Assembly: GCA_964574495.1 (NCBI GenBank)
Contig: CAZNNT010000001.1
Location: forward strand, 5,194-69,193
From: an uncultured Candidatus Saccharibacteria bacterium
GTDB lineage: Bacteria > Patescibacteriota > Minisyncoccia > HO2-45-28
Direction: 5' to 3'
Length of the DNA: 64,000 nt
The notes below the pieces were generated by a model. That model had not been told where the DNA came from, ran no database searches, and saw only the letters and a program-made list of their open reading frames with translations. Each line of letters opens with the position of its first letter. Position 1 is the first letter of the stretch. The position numbers and the translations under genes are program-made. Of the stretch, positions 8,383 to 17,628 are shown piece by piece.

Positions 8383-9447
8383 TTATGTTTCTCTAATTAT
8401 TCTGGACACCGCGAGCTCCAGAGGCAGTTCGCGATGCGAAGAGTAAAAACGGGCGCTTGCGGTATCAAGCAGAACTAAAAGAACGCGCTCAAGGCGATCG
8501 GCCGTAAAATTCGGGATTTCGGGGCCTCCGCCCAAAACACCAAGAAATTTATTCCTGAAATCGTGTATTAAAATTTTCATAAAGACATTGGGTTCAACCC
8601 CGCTTTTTAAAGACCCGCGCACACATTCAAAAGCCGATTTAAAATCCTTCGCGCCGACTGCTAAAACCAGTTCATTTACAGCGTTTTCAGCGGGAGCTCC
8701 AAAAAAGTCGCGCACATCCTCGGCTTTTATCAACTTGGACTTCGCGCCCGCCAAAACCGAAACCTGCTCCAAAAGATTAAGAGCATCACGCAAAGAACCG
8801 TCGGAAAAAAGCGCGAGTATGCGGGCGGCTTCCGGCTCAATTTCAAAACTCTCGGACCTGCCCACTTTAGAAATGACCGCGCCCGCAACTTCCTCAGGCA
8901 GGCGCCTGAATCTCAAATGCTGGCATCTTGAGATTATGGTTTCCGGCACTTTTTCGGGCTCGGTCGTCGCCAGCATAAAAATAAGATGTTCGGGCGGCTC
9001 CTCAAGCGTTTTTAAAAGGGCGTTTGAGGCCTCTTTAGTCAGCATGTGAACTTCATCAATGATATAAACTTTACGTCTGGCCGAAACCGGCAGGAACGAG
9101 GCGGCGTCTCGAATCGCTCGGATTTCATCAATTCCTCGGTTTGAAGCGGCGTCAATTTCAATCAAATCCAGAGTGCGGCCGGAAATAAATTCTGAACAAA
9201 CATGGCAATTATTGCATGGGGCAGACAATCCATCAGAAATTTTGGCTAAATTGGCGCAATTGATGGCGCGGGCAAGAATGCGGGCAACACTAGTTTTTCC
9301 GGTGCCCCTGGGCCCCGAAAAAAGATAAGCGTGGGCTACGCGATTCAGTGTCAGAGCGTTTTTTAAAATCTTAACCACATGAGGTTGCCCCGCGACTTCA
9401 TCTAAGTTTTTCGGCCGATATTTTCTGTATAAAACCGCGTCGGTCAT
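8383..9447 (-). CDS. dnaX: DNA polymerase III subunit gamma/tau (short form)
   Basis: Walker A GPRGTGKTS; zinc-module cysteines CANLAKISDGLSAPCNNCHVC; box II IIDEVHML; sensor SRC motif; 354 aa. Confidence 0.9.
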   Translation of the reverse strand: MTDAVLYRKYRPKNLDEVAGQPHVVKILKNALTLNRVAHAYLFSGPRGTGKTSVARILARAINCANLAKISDGLSAPCNNCHVCSEFISGRTLDLIEIDAASNRGIDEIRAIRDAASFLPVSARRKVYIIDEVHMLTKEASNALLKTLEEPPEHLIFMLATTEPEKVPETIISRCQHLRFRRLPEEVAGAVISKVGRSESFEIEPEAARILALFSDGSLRDALNLLEQVSVLAGAKSKLIKAEDVRDFFGAPAENAVNELVLAVGAKDFKSAFECVRGSLKSGVEPNVFMKILIHDFRNKFLGVLGGGPEIPNFTADRLERVLLVLLDTASARFYSSHRELPLELAVSRIIRET

Positions 9448-9486
9448 TTGGATATGATAGCAGAAATAATTGGTTTTATAAATTTA

Positions 9487-9515
9487 TTGACATAAACACT
9501 TTTTTAATTTAAAAT
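9487..9515 (+). promoter_or_regulatory. Putative sigma70 promoter (TTGACA-17-TAAAAT) for the 9570 gene
   Basis: TTGACA at 9487-9492, a 17-bp spacer and TAAAAT at 9510-9515. The downstream SD TTAAGGAGG sits 8 nt before the ATG. Confidence 0.5.
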
Positions 9516-9569
9516 ACCTTGGGAATTGATTTTTGAAATAACCCTCAACCCTTAAGGAGGCATTAACAG

Positions 9570-10628
9570 ATGCATGTAACGCTTGCCGGCAATATGATGG
9601 CTCCGTCAGTCGCGTTTACTATGCTTAGCCAGCATTTGGCCGCCCTCGGCATTCAAACTATTTCGTTGCTTGGATGCGGAAAAGAAATAGATTTATCCTC
9701 TAACGCTCTCCGCGACTTAGTTTATCTGGCAGATGTGATTCTTGTTGGCATGTCCGGGCCGGAAAAACTTGCTCAAACGGAGCTGGAAATTGCTAAAAAG
9801 GCGCTGGGACAAGACGTCCCTTTCGGCTTCTACTCCGACACTTATGATGTCTTTCGCAGGCCGTGGATTCCAGAATTTTTGAGAAAAGAAGCATCGTTTT
9901 TGTTCGTATCCCAAGAAGAAGAAAAAGAAGAAGCCCAAAAACTCTTCCCAAAAGCCAAAATCGTGGCCTCGGGCAATCCGACCTGGGAAGATTTTTTCTC
10001 GCCGCGATTTTCCAGAGATGAAATTCGTTCGCGCTTCTACATCCCAACCCAAAAAAAAGTTATTCTATGCTCTCTCGGCACTGCGCTTGAACCAAATTTA
10101 ACAATGCTGAAAAATCTGAATAATGCTTTGTTCAAAGAACATTTCTCGTGGACGATTCTCATCGGCATTCATCCTGGAGATCAAAATTATAGAAACGACC
10201 CGAGGATTTACGCAAAAAGTCTTGAACCAAATATTCAACTTGAACCAAACATTCAAATGGAGTTCGTCCCCAGAAACGAAATGCCGACAATGGACATTAT
10301 CCCGGGCGCGGATTATGTGGTGGATACGCCGGGCAGTTCCATCGGTATCAACGCGGCCTGCCTGCGAGTGCCCGTCATATGTTACTGTTCAAAAGAAGCG
10401 TTAGACAACTTGGAAGAATCAATCGGCAAAAGGTCGTGGAGACCATGTGAGAACGGCGTTGTTCTTCCTGTTTACAACCCCGACGATCTCTACTTGGCCT
10501 TTAGACAAGATTTTACGGATATTATTGATAGACAGAAATATATTTTTCCCAAACCCTTCGAAAAAGGCCAAGCAATAAGAATCATAACTGAAATCTTGCA
10601 AAAATACGGCTCTGATAAAAAGAGCTGA
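9570..10628 (+). CDS. GT-B fold glycosyltransferase-like protein (MurG/GT28-like C-terminal domain), function uncertain
   Basis: Strong SD (AAGGAGG). The N-terminus (MHVTLAG, beta-strand/helix) and the C-terminal half (KVILCSLGTALEP ... DYVVDTPGSSIGINAACLRVPVICY) resemble the two Rossmann halves of GT-B enzymes. No diagnostic family motif found. Confidence 0.35.
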   Translation: MHVTLAGNMMAPSVAFTMLSQHLAALGIQTISLLGCGKEIDLSSNALRDLVYLADVILVGMSGPEKLAQTELEIAKKALGQDVPFGFYSDTYDVFRRPWIPEFLRKEASFLFVSQEEEKEEAQKLFPKAKIVASGNPTWEDFFSPRFSRDEIRSRFYIPTQKKVILCSLGTALEPNLTMLKNLNNALFKEHFSWTILIGIHPGDQNYRNDPRIYAKSLEPNIQLEPNIQMEFVPRNEMPTMDIIPGADYVVDTPGSSIGINAACLRVPVICYCSKEALDNLEESIGKRSWRPCENGVVLPVYNPDDLYLAFRQDFTDIIDRQKYIFPKPFEKGQAIRIITEILQKYGSDKKS

Positions 10629-10636
10629 AAACCAAA

Positions 10637-10666
10637 CCGCCCCGACAGTTGTCGGGGCGGTTTTTT
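10637..10666 (+). terminator. Rho-independent terminator (bidirectional, between convergent genes)
   Basis: CCGCCCCGAC-AGTT-GTCGGGGCGG followed by TTTTTT. The reverse strand is also T-rich after the stem. Confidence 0.8.
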
Positions 10667-10686
10667 CGTCAGAGTATCAAAATCGT

Positions 10687-12072
10687 CTAGGGAGCCGGAA
10701 CCATCCCCTGAAGCCAAAATGGAGCATTTTGGTCAATTGGCGCAGGAGTTGGCGGAGGTGTATAGACATTAGCCGAACCCGGGGTAGCCGGAGTCAGTTG
10801 CAACCAGAATGGAACCGGCGCAGGAGCGGCTGGAGCCGGGGTTGGAGCGGGAGTTACGGCGGGCGCTGGCGTTACTTCCGGTGTTACGGCCGGAGTTACT
10901 GGAGCGGCTGGAACCGCCGCGGCTCCAAACACTTCAGCCAGTTTCGCTCTTGTTTTCGGCCCGACAAATCCGTATCCGGCATCGCCTGCTTTGGCTACGC
11001 CATATTTAACCTGGAATTTTTCAACGGCGCGGGTTGTAAGAGAGCCGAAAAATTCTGTTTCATTTCCTGCTGAACCCACACCAGATGAAGCAATCGCCGT
11101 ATCGGCATCGGAGTTAAGCAATTGCTGGATACGCTTAACATCTTCTCCTTTTGAACCAATCGTGAGAGCGCGGTTAAAGACAGGGCTGACCGCGGCAGCG
11201 ACCGGCGAGGGTGCGGCCGGCACTACCGGCAACTCTGGAGCCGCCGGAGCCGCGGCCTCTGCAAACACTTCAGCCAGTTTCGCTCTGGTTTTCGGCCCGA
11301 CAAGTCCGTATCCGGCATCGCCTGCTTGAGCTACGCCATATTTAACCTGGAATTTTTGGACGGCTTTTTCAGAAAGCGAACCGAAGAATTCGGTTTCATT
11401 TCCTGGAGAACCAACGCCTGACGCCGCAATTACGGTGTCAGAATCAGAGTTTAACAACTGTTGAAGGCGCTTAACGTCTTCACCTTTAGAACCGATGGTT
11501 AAAGCCCTATTAAAAGCTGGGCTTACAGCCAATGCCTGGGCTGATGGCTGGGCCGCTGACGACGGAACCGCGGGTGTAGCCGGCGTTACGGTCGGTACTG
11601 CGGGTACAGCCGCAACTGCTGCGGTCTGCGAGGGAATGCTCGGCGCGCTACTTCCTCCGCCACCCCCTCCTCCGCCACCGCCTCCTCCGCCACCGCCTCC
11701 GGCAGCGCAGGTATCAGCTGAAACACTTATAGTGGAAGTTCCGAAAGGCGCGTTAGTCGGGTTGGTAACAGTTATTTTTGAACTACTGGTGGTGCAGGAA
11801 AACCCGGCCGTAATTGACCCGACTACCGTGGCGGTCAGTTTTCTGCGATTAGTTGAAGTAACTTCATAGCTTGCCCCCGGCGACATACCGACATCAAAAG
11901 AAGTGGAATTCACATCAATGTAATCGGCGTTAAAACCCGTGCCCGTAACATTTAAAGTTACGCTATTAACATCTAGATCAACATTAGTGTCAAAAGTAAA
12001 GTCGCCCAAAGCGGCCAACGCGAACATCGGTATAAAGCTGGCAGTTAAAATCGTTAGATAGATTTTTTTCAT
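10687..12072 (-). CDS. Secreted low-complexity protein with two peptidoglycan-binding-like (PG_binding_1-type) repeats and a 16-residue poly-Gly tract
   Basis: N-terminal signal/anchor (MKKIYLTILTASFIPMFALAA). Two ~115-aa repeats contain FNRALTIGSKGEDVKR(L/I)QQLLNSD ... KFQVKYGVA(Q/K)AGDAGYG(L/F)VGPKTRAKLAEVF. Pro/Ala-rich linkers and a G16 stretch are present. Confidence 0.6.
   Translation of the reverse strand: MKKIYLTILTASFIPMFALAALGDFTFDTNVDLDVNSVTLNVTGTGFNADYIDVNSTSFDVGMSPGASYEVTSTNRRKLTATVVGSITAGFSCTTSSSKITVTNPTNAPFGTSTISVSADTCAAGGGGGGGGGGGGGGGGSSAPSIPSQTAAVAAVPAVPTVTPATPAVPSSAAQPSAQALAVSPAFNRALTIGSKGEDVKRLQQLLNSDSDTVIAASGVGSPGNETEFFGSLSEKAVQKFQVKYGVAQAGDAGYGLVGPKTRAKLAEVFAEAAAPAAPELPVVPAAPSPVAAAVSPVFNRALTIGSKGEDVKRIQQLLNSDADTAIASSGVGSAGNETEFFGSLTTRAVEKFQVKYGVAKAGDAGYGFVGPKTRAKLAEVFGAAAVPAAPVTPAVTPEVTPAPAVTPAPTPAPAAPAPVPFWLQLTPATPGSANVYTPPPTPAPIDQNAPFWLQGMVPAP
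10920..11600. repeat. Two tandem ~345-bp intragenic repeats encoding the PG-binding-like modules
   Basis: A near-identical DNA segment (cttcagccagtttcgctct.gttttcggcccgacaa.tccgtatccggcatcgcctgct...) occurs at about 10935-11040 and 11270-11375, with flanking similarity. Confidence 0.6.
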
Positions 12073-12106
12073 GGGCGATAATTTAGTTTTTAATTAAACC
12101 GCTAAA

Positions 12107-12922
12107 TTATCGCGTTGCCCAAAAGTTAAGAGTGCCCCGTGGAGTAAAGGCGGCGCCGGCAAGATTGGTCAATTCAACTCCAATGGTTGCCGAACCCGTG
12201 GATGAAGCGCTGGCAATTACCATACCTACGTTATTAGGAGTGGCAGCTACAATCAGCGAGCTTGTCGCCTGAACAAAAACTCGGGTAAAGCTTGTAGTTA
12301 TTCCCGTGGCGCCAGAGCAAATAATGCCTGTTGTTGTGGTTGCAGGTATAGAAATCTGCGCGAGGTTGCAAGTTCCGAAAACCATACTTGTCAAAGCGGT
12401 TCCATCGCCAACCGTTAAAGTACCTTTCGTCGCAAAGTCGCCGTTTGAGCCGGTTGTGGTCGCAAAGCCGTTAACATATAAATTTTTGCCGACCTCAAAC
12501 TCATTCGTTGTGGAAGCGTTGCCGGTGATGATAATGTTGTCAACCGCGGCATTGCCCAAAGTGACATTGCCGTTAAGATTTGAGGCTCCGGTCACAGTCA
12601 AAGTGCCCGCAGTCTCAAAATTTCCGTTCGCGCCTGTTGTAGTGGCAAAACCGTTAACATAAAAGTTGCTGCCGACCTCAAATTCATTCGTTGTTGAAGC
12701 GTTGCCGGTGATGATAATGTTATCAGCCGCGGCATCGCCCAAAGTTACATTGCCATTTAAAGTCGTGGCTCCGGAAGCCGTAAGCGTCCCGCCCGTGTTA
12801 ACGTTTGAACCAATAGTGGTTACGCCGTAAGTGGTGAGAGCAACCAGTAAAAACGACAAAATTGTCGCCGCAATTATGCCGCTGACCTGACGAGTATCTA
12901 AAAAACTTGAAACCTTTTGCAT
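12107..12922 (-). CDS. Cell-surface tandem-repeat protein (Thr/Gly/Asn-rich, beta-helix/adhesin-like) with an N-terminal membrane anchor
   Basis: N-terminal hydrophobic anchor IIAATILSFLLVALTTYG, then two ~61-aa tandem repeats (TLT..GA..LNGNVTLG.AA.DNIIITGNASTTNEFEVG.N.YVNGFATTTG.NG.F.T.G). Confidence 0.55.
   Translation of the reverse strand: MQKVSSFLDTRQVSGIIAATILSFLLVALTTYGVTTIGSNVNTGGTLTASGATTLNGNVTLGDAAADNIIITGNASTTNEFEVGSNFYVNGFATTTGANGNFETAGTLTVTGASNLNGNVTLGNAAVDNIIITGNASTTNEFEVGKNLYVNGFATTTGSNGDFATKGTLTVGDGTALTSMVFGTCNLAQISIPATTTTGIICSGATGITTSFTRVFVQATSSLIVAATPNNVGMVIASASSTGSATIGVELTNLAGAAFTPRGTLNFWATR
12440..12805. repeat. Two tandem ~183-bp intragenic repeats
   Basis: Near-identical DNA copies (ccgttaacata.aa.tt..tgccgacctcaaa.tcattcgttgt.gaagcgttgccggtgatgataatgtt...) encode the repeated protein module. 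Confidence 0.6.
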
Positions 12923-13084
12923 ATTTTTATGCTTTTATTAACTAATAATTAATAATAAAAATTAACAATTTATTATTTAAACTAGACCGTTTCAGGACAT
13001 AAAAAATGCCCTTTAATTTATTATCCCTTTAAACAAAAATAGCCGCAAATACGGCCTGTGGATAAGTGCCTTATGAAATTTTCC

Positions 13085-15322
13085 CTACTTGGAAACCGGA
13101 TTTCTTCCGGCCATTATTTCATTAATAAAATATTCTCCAGATGCCTTAAAACCGGTGTCAAGTTCAATGGCGCGCTTAAGCTCCGCGATTGCCTTATTCG
13201 GCTCCCCAAGCTCCATATAAGTCGCGCCTAAATTAATATGATATTGGGCCTTGTTTGGCTCATTTTTAATGAATTCCAGCCAAAGATCGCGTACCCTGCC
13301 GTACTTTCCGACGCGGGCGTAAGCGTTAATCAATTGCTGGTCAGCCACAATAATAGTGCCAAAACGGTTCGTCAAAGCCCTTTCTCCCTCTTCTTGGCGG
13401 CCGCTGAAAATGGCTATTGTCGCAAAATTTTTAACGGCCTGGTCGTATTCGGGAGCAAGCTCATAGGCCTCTTTTACCGCCTCGTAGGCCTTTTGCTGAT
13501 TACCGAGATTAATATAACTATCTGCCAGCAAAAAAAGAATCTGCTGTTTTTTGGGCGAAAGCTCAAGCGCTTTTTCAACCGAATGTAAAGCGTCTTCATT
13601 ACGGCCCGCGTTGGCATACATAGCCGACAAAAAAAGATACCCCCTTGCGTCATGCGGAAACGCCTCAACTTGACGCTCAAGCTCACTTACGGAAAATTGA
13701 TTAAGTTTGTCCTTTAAATGTTGGGCGATATTTGCCTTAACAACCGAGTTAGCATAAGCGCTTAACTGTTCTCGTGCTTCTCCTGTCCCAAATGTCCGAT
13801 AACCAAATACCTTTTCGAAATCGGACAAAATTAAATCAACATTTTGTCTTTGAATATTAATGTCCTTTAAGGCCTGTAAAAGCCCCGTATTGGCCGATAT
13901 GGGTTTGATATTTAAAAAATATAAAGAGAATATCAGCGCGAAAATCACAAACGCGGACGCAAACGAACGCGCCGGCGTTATCTCAAGCATGCCAAGAGCT
14001 AAGCTCTCCCCATTTTTGCCAAGAGCTAAGCTCTTGGCGCTTTTGGTATCATTAGTAGAAAGATGGTGAATAAAGGCCAAAACCGAAAAAAATAAAATGT
14101 AGGATATGAGATTATCAAAAACAAATAAATTATGGAAAAAATAAGCCGCCAAAAGAGAGGTGAAGATGCCGGCAAACATTAAGTTTTCAGAGTTTTTTTC
14201 AAGGGCGTATTTCTTCCAAAGAAAGTAAATCGCAAAGGCAAATAAAGACAAGTAGGACAATAGCCCCAAAATGCCGCCGCTAGTCAGCCAGTCAAAAATT
14301 ATATTATGCGACCTGTCAAACCACGGCTCTTGCGGCCAAAGTTCGGGCTCATAATACTTGTTAAATACCTGACCGTAATTATCAAGCCCCCATCCCAATA
14401 ACGGCCTTTCCAAAAAACCCTTAAAAGACATCTCCCAAATAGTAAAGCGCGACTGAACCGTCCTGTCCTGCAAAGACAAATTACTGAACCGCGAAATAAC
14501 CGGATTCTCAAGAATAAAATTCTTGTTTTGGACCAATAAAAATAAGCCCGCTAAAATAATTATTCCGGCAATCGCGCTAAAAGAAACTATTTTTATCCGT
14601 TTGTCTTTGGAAAACAGCGACAAAAGCAAAGCAAGCAGAATAATCCCAGACATAAGTCCCAAAATAGCCCCCCTTGTTGCCGTCAAAAAAATGACCGGTA
14701 TTTCCAAGAGCGCCGCGACTCCAAAAACATTTTTTAACCATTTTTTGGGTTCAAAAAAATAAAGAAACGCCGCGATAAAAATATTGAAAAGCATGAAAAC
14801 GGCCATATAGCTCGCGTTGCCGAATGTCCCGTCGGCGCGCGGGCCGCTTTGAACCGATATGGCCAGAACGCCCAGCGCCTGGAGATAGCCGTATAGCCCC
14901 ATCCCCGCGCCGGAGGCGGCAATGGCGTAGAAAAATCTGCGCCAATCCCGTCCGGATTTCAAAACGCTTATCAAAACCAAAAAATAGGCGAAAAGATGCA
15001 GATGGGTTATGAGCCCTTCCATTCGCTCGAAATTAGACCAAAAACTCCGGTAAGGATCGGTGCTGAAAATAGTTGAGAGAGTTAAAACCGCGACAACCGC
15101 CGTAAGAGCCCAGAGAACCGGCGAGGACTTTGGCCGATAATTTTTGTCAACCATTGCCAAAATCAGCCACAAAGCAAAAATTATCTCAACAAAGATGCGG
15201 AAAAAAAATCCCTTTCCCGCAATAAACGGGAAAAACATAACCTTGGAAACAAAAAAAGGCGCTATAAGCACGATTGCCAAAAGGCCGGCCCAAATCGCCC
15301 ATTTCAGATATTTAGACAACAT
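13085..15322 (-). CDS. O-antigen ligase/polymerase-like (Wzy_C) polytopic membrane protein with C-terminal TPR repeats
   Basis: Roughly 12 TM helices with a large periplasmic loop of the Wzy_C/WaaL type (ATRGAILGLMSGIILLALL). The C-terminal ~300 aa contain several TPR-like 34-aa repeats (ALELSPKKQQ..., YELAPEYDQA..., AIELDTGFKA...). Confidence 0.6.
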   Translation of the reverse strand: MLSKYLKWAIWAGLLAIVLIAPFFVSKVMFFPFIAGKGFFFRIFVEIIFALWLILAMVDKNYRPKSSPVLWALTAVVAVLTLSTIFSTDPYRSFWSNFERMEGLITHLHLFAYFLVLISVLKSGRDWRRFFYAIAASGAGMGLYGYLQALGVLAISVQSGPRADGTFGNASYMAVFMLFNIFIAAFLYFFEPKKWLKNVFGVAALLEIPVIFLTATRGAILGLMSGIILLALLLSLFSKDKRIKIVSFSAIAGIIILAGLFLLVQNKNFILENPVISRFSNLSLQDRTVQSRFTIWEMSFKGFLERPLLGWGLDNYGQVFNKYYEPELWPQEPWFDRSHNIIFDWLTSGGILGLLSYLSLFAFAIYFLWKKYALEKNSENLMFAGIFTSLLAAYFFHNLFVFDNLISYILFFSVLAFIHHLSTNDTKSAKSLALGKNGESLALGMLEITPARSFASAFVIFALIFSLYFLNIKPISANTGLLQALKDINIQRQNVDLILSDFEKVFGYRTFGTGEAREQLSAYANSVVKANIAQHLKDKLNQFSVSELERQVEAFPHDARGYLFLSAMYANAGRNEDALHSVEKALELSPKKQQILFLLADSYINLGNQQKAYEAVKEAYELAPEYDQAVKNFATIAIFSGRQEEGERALTNRFGTIIVADQQLINAYARVGKYGRVRDLWLEFIKNEPNKAQYHINLGATYMELGEPNKAIAELKRAIELDTGFKASGEYFINEIMAGRNPVSK

Positions 15323-15393
15323 CTATGTATAATACGCCTCTATCAAAAATAAACAAACCCGCCACATCTGTGGCGGGTTAACGCTGAAATTTA

Positions 15394-16542
15394 TTACAAA
15401 AAATTCACATGCAGCGGCTTCGGTCCTGTCGCGGGCTGAATCCGCTTAATACCTCTCACATGCTCATCAAGCGCCACGCTCACATAGTGCTGAATGGGCA
15501 GTGTGCCCATCATTGTCTGGGCGTTAAAAGCGGGAGACGCCAGATAAGCCATGGCTCTCCAGTAGCGCTCCGACCGAAAGATGTCAATGAATCTCTCTTC
15601 GGTAAAGTTGCCGATATGCAGTTTTGAATATCGGGCGTTGAAAAACATCCCCGAAGGCGCCACAAGGCCGCTGCCGCTGATTTGCAGGAGAAACGCCGGC
15701 CCGTAGAAACGCCTGTACGGCATATTTCCTCCGTCGCGTATTTTATCCCATTTAACGATGACCTTCGTCTGTTCCGTGCTCATTCTTTCCGCTTGAGTCA
15801 GAAGGCCGTATAATTCCTGATATTTACTGTAATCAATGCCCAGCGAGCCCACTTCATCGTCCGAGCAATGTTTAATCACGGCATAGTCAGCGCCGAGATC
15901 CAAACCCAATTGCGCGAACGGTATGATTTCCTCTCCGAATCGGGGCATAAGCACCATCTGAATCCCAAGAGTCACTTTCAAGCCCAGTTTCCTTTTTAAT
16001 TCAACGGCGTATCTGATGTTATTCATCGCGCGGTCAAATACATATGTGTGATCTTTCGCCGGCTTTTTATGGTACATAATGGAGGTGTAACTTTCGGGCC
16101 GGCCTGCGGCAACGGTGAATCGCACCCATGTAAGATACGGGAGGACTTGCTCAATTTTATCCGGTTCCCACTCCCAGCCATTTGTCGCGTTAGCCACATC
16201 AATGCCGAGATCGGCCAGATACCGGATAAAAGGCGCGTATGCCTTTGACAAAGTGCTTTCGCCGTCCGAAACCAAAGATACGCTACGCACGCCGATTTCT
16301 TTAAAATCGTCCGCCAGACGCAGCGCAAGGTCGGGCGTGATACGTTCACGCGTCTGTGATTCCTGCATCATCGCGTAACAAAATTCGCACGAAGACCCGC
16401 AAGCGCGGGTTAACGCCATATCAACGCCCACGGGCGCTATGCGCTCGCCGGCTTCCCAGGCCTCCACGCGGTCAAAGTGATAAGCCAACTTATGCGAATC
16501 AAGAATTAAAGCGCCTTCGCGCGTCTGAACGGCTAAACTCAT
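15394..16542 (-). CDS. Radical SAM enzyme, unknown substrate
   Basis: CGSSCEFCY (CxxxCxxC) at residues 47-54, followed by the glycine-rich SAM-binding segment VSLVSDGES. No SPASM-type C-terminal cysteine cluster. The gene looks GC-rich relative to its neighbours. Confidence 0.7.
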   Translation of the reverse strand: MSLAVQTREGALILDSHKLAYHFDRVEAWEAGERIAPVGVDMALTRACGSSCEFCYAMMQESQTRERITPDLALRLADDFKEIGVRSVSLVSDGESTLSKAYAPFIRYLADLGIDVANATNGWEWEPDKIEQVLPYLTWVRFTVAAGRPESYTSIMYHKKPAKDHTYVFDRAMNNIRYAVELKRKLGLKVTLGIQMVLMPRFGEEIIPFAQLGLDLGADYAVIKHCSDDEVGSLGIDYSKYQELYGLLTQAERMSTEQTKVIVKWDKIRDGGNMPYRRFYGPAFLLQISGSGLVAPSGMFFNARYSKLHIGNFTEERFIDIFRSERYWRAMAYLASPAFNAQTMMGTLPIQHYVSVALDEHVRGIKRIQPATGPKPLHVNFL

Positions 16543-16877
16543 GACTTCACCTCCACTCCGCGCAGATTGCGCAAGGAATTGCGATCCCCCAGCGGATTCA
16601 GCCAGACAACAAGGCCCGGGTCAATATTTTCTTTCAGAAACGCTTCCAGATCCAAGAGCAAAGTGCCGCGCTTGCCGGCTGGCAGCGCCTCTCTAAGTTC
16701 CACGATAATCTCGCCGTTTTTCTTTGCCCTGATTACATTGACACTGCCTTTAAAATCTGCCGACCCGTCAATCAAAGCATCAGAAATTTTGCAGAGCCGC
16801 TCTTCATCCGTCAACCCCTGCCACTCGAAACTCGCAGATGGCGTCTCGACGTCTGCGTACTTTAGTATTTCATTCAA
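16539..16877 (-). CDS. Small hypothetical protein (112 aa), translationally coupled to the radical SAM gene
   Basis: Its stop overlaps the radical SAM start as ATGA (16539-16542). Same apparently GC-rich composition. No recognisable motif. Confidence 0.45.
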   Translation of the reverse strand: MNEILKYADVETPSASFEWQGLTDEERLCKISDALIDGSADFKGSVNVIRAKKNGEIIVELREALPAGKRGTLLLDLEAFLKENIDPGLVVWLNPLGDRNSLRNLRGVEVKS

Positions 16878-16993
16878 CGCTCATTTACCCCTTTTGAAAA
16901 AAAACTCCTCTATTAATTTAACAGCAAAAAAGAGCCGAGTGATATCTTGACAAAATATAAAAAAATATTTTAGTTTTTTTCAAGACTTTATTT

Positions 16994-17500
16994 CTAAAAT
17001 TTCAAGGTGGTTCCATTAATAGCGGCTCTTAATATTTCGGATGCGTGTGTAAAGCAACGGACAAATTTTAGCTTTCCACCTAAAGATTCGATAATTCGCT
17101 TATCTTTATTTAAACCGCTCTTTGGATTTTTTAGCCGCGGCTTTGCATCATCGCCTTTTACATAAACATCCGGTTGAATCGCTTTCATAACCTTCCACGG
17201 ACCAATATCTCCACAGATTGTAACAAAATCTACGACCTCTAATTCCGCCAGCCATTTTAACCTAATAATTTCTGGAAAAATCAATGGTCGCCTTTTAACA
17301 TCTATTTTTTTAATATATCTATCGTCCACAACCGAAACCACTAACACTTCGCCATATTTCTTGGCGTCTTGAAAATATTGAATATGGCCCCAGTGAATTA
17401 AATCAAAAACCCCATGGCAAAGAACTATGCGTTTTTTCTCACTATGAAGTTTAATAGCTATCTTTTTAAGCTGGGAAATATTCTTAATTTTGGATTTCAT
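16994..17500 (-). CDS. HIGH-motif nucleotidyltransferase (cytidylyltransferase-like; RfaE/HldE domain II-type sugar-phosphate adenylyltransferase)
   Basis: IVLCHGVFDLIHWGH is the (T/H)xGH nucleotidyltransferase signature. 168 aa. Paralogous to 25690..26178 and to the N-terminus of 18337..19863. Confidence 0.7.
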   Translation of the reverse strand: MKSKIKNISQLKKIAIKLHSEKKRIVLCHGVFDLIHWGHIQYFQDAKKYGEVLVVSVVDDRYIKKIDVKRRPLIFPEIIRLKWLAELEVVDFVTICGDIGPWKVMKAIQPDVYVKGDDAKPRLKNPKSGLNKDKRIIESLGGKLKFVRCFTHASEILRAAINGTTLKF

Positions 17501-17628
17501 AAATTATCGTTCACAAAAGGGAATAATTTCTAAATACCATATTAAACTCTAACAAAAATAAACTCCCGATACAATATCGGGAGAAATTTTGAATAAAACA
17601 CACTTATTAGAACTGCTTTAATAAACCA

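Noticed and set aside
8588-9049. 153-aa plus-strand ORF inside dnaX
   Set aside because: It is antisense to a high-confidence dnaX CDS and is a low-complexity Ala/Ser-rich shadow ORF.
11640-11700. G16-encoding stretch as a hypermutable homopolymer or phase-variation tract
   Set aside because: It is encoded by mixed GGA/GGC/GGT/GGG codons, not a mononucleotide run or a perfect short tandem repeat, so slippage-based phase variation is unlikely.
11495-11869. Plus-strand ORF encoding a poly-Pro run
   Set aside because: It is the mirror image of the poly-Gly tract (GGN/NCC) in the minus-strand secreted protein gene, which has a signal peptide and domain repeats.
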